IMG/VR virus record: IMGVR_UViG_3300024507_000366
Strand: one strand, 5' to 3'
DNA length: 64,000 bases
From: an uncultured virus (IMG/VR IMGVR_UViG_3300024507_000366)
Taxonomy: Duplodnaviria > Heunggongvirae > Uroviricota > Caudoviricetes
The notes under the pieces were generated by a model. The model ran no database searches. It was not told the origin of the DNA and saw only the letters and a program-made list of their open reading frames with translations. The position numbers and the translations under genes are program-made. Below, in pieces: positions 63,646 to 64,000 of this stretch. How positions within the stretch are numbered: the stretch's first letter is position 1; each line of letters starts with the position of its first letter.

Positions 63646-64000
63646 AAACCAAGAAAGATATCCAACACTACAAAGACGAAGCTGAACGCTATCGTTACCT
63701 TTTTGGCTGGCGTTTCAATGGCGAATATGCAGTCGCTGCTCGCGCAGCCGCAAAGGAAGACCAGCGTTTGTATCGTAAGGTTGGCAAGAAGTTCGTCCCC
63801 GTGAATGACCCCTATGCTTACGATGGTCTTCGCAATGGCTTCTGGCTAATCCAAGTCAAAGATGGCTCCACTTCCATCCGTCAAGAGATCTATCCCGACA
63901 AGGCTTCGCTCCACGCCGCTGCTCGTTTGATGGAGGACAAGCTGGTACAGATTATTTGTAAGGCTTGTGAAGCTCGCCCTAACCAGACAGAGCTTTCTCC
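63642..64000 (+). CDS. Hypothetical protein, runs off the window end
   Basis: ATG 63642 (ATGA overlap); open to the window end (MKTKKDIQHYK...LYRKVGKKFVPV...). Confidence 0.6.
   Translation, partial: MKTKKDIQHYKDEAERYRYLFGWRFNGEYAVAARAAAKEDQRLYRKVGKKFVPVNDPYAYDGLRNGFWLIQVKDGSTSIRQEIYPDKASLHAAARLMEDKLVQIICKACEARPNQTELS

Noticed and set aside
1..64000. Stop-codon reassignment as the explanation for split genes
   Set aside because: TAA, TAG and TGA all end genes, long conserved genes are intact in code 11, and the split parts lie in different frames.

Overview
This window is 64 kb of a large tailed dsDNA bacteriophage genome: genetic code 11, very dense coding, no cellular housekeeping context. 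From left to right it carries: (i) virion-associated genes and a sugar-nucleotide/glycosyltransferase cluster (methyltransferase, GT9, ColD-type dehydratase, Gmd, GT90); (ii) thyX, a holin-like gene and a replication block (RecA-like, DnaB, atypical DnaG, PD-(D/E)XK exonuclease, and a family-C polymerase split into PHP | DEDDh exonuclease | catalytic core); (iii) a ClpA/C-type ATPase; (iv) two receptor-binding-like cassettes that start with the same short leader peptide; (v) more glycosyltransferases, an annealase-like gene and class Ia nrdAB; (vi) a minus-strand lambda-type tail-tip operon (L, K, I and a split J, with PA14/vWA/CBM inserts); (vii) an early-type region with a deaminase, a T4 beta-glucosyltransferase-like gene, uvsE, rIIA/rIIB, four tRNAs, free-standing endonucleases and many small ORFs. 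The most notable patterns are: a recurring RGTGTAAW motif 8-11 nt before start codons (candidate phage late promoter making leaderless mRNA); the shared-leader adhesin cassettes; a ~110-nt cloverleaf RNA with two T-arms; strong CATG avoidance that relaxes only in two accessory modules; and three independently split proteins. All calls come from reading motifs by eye. No database search was run.
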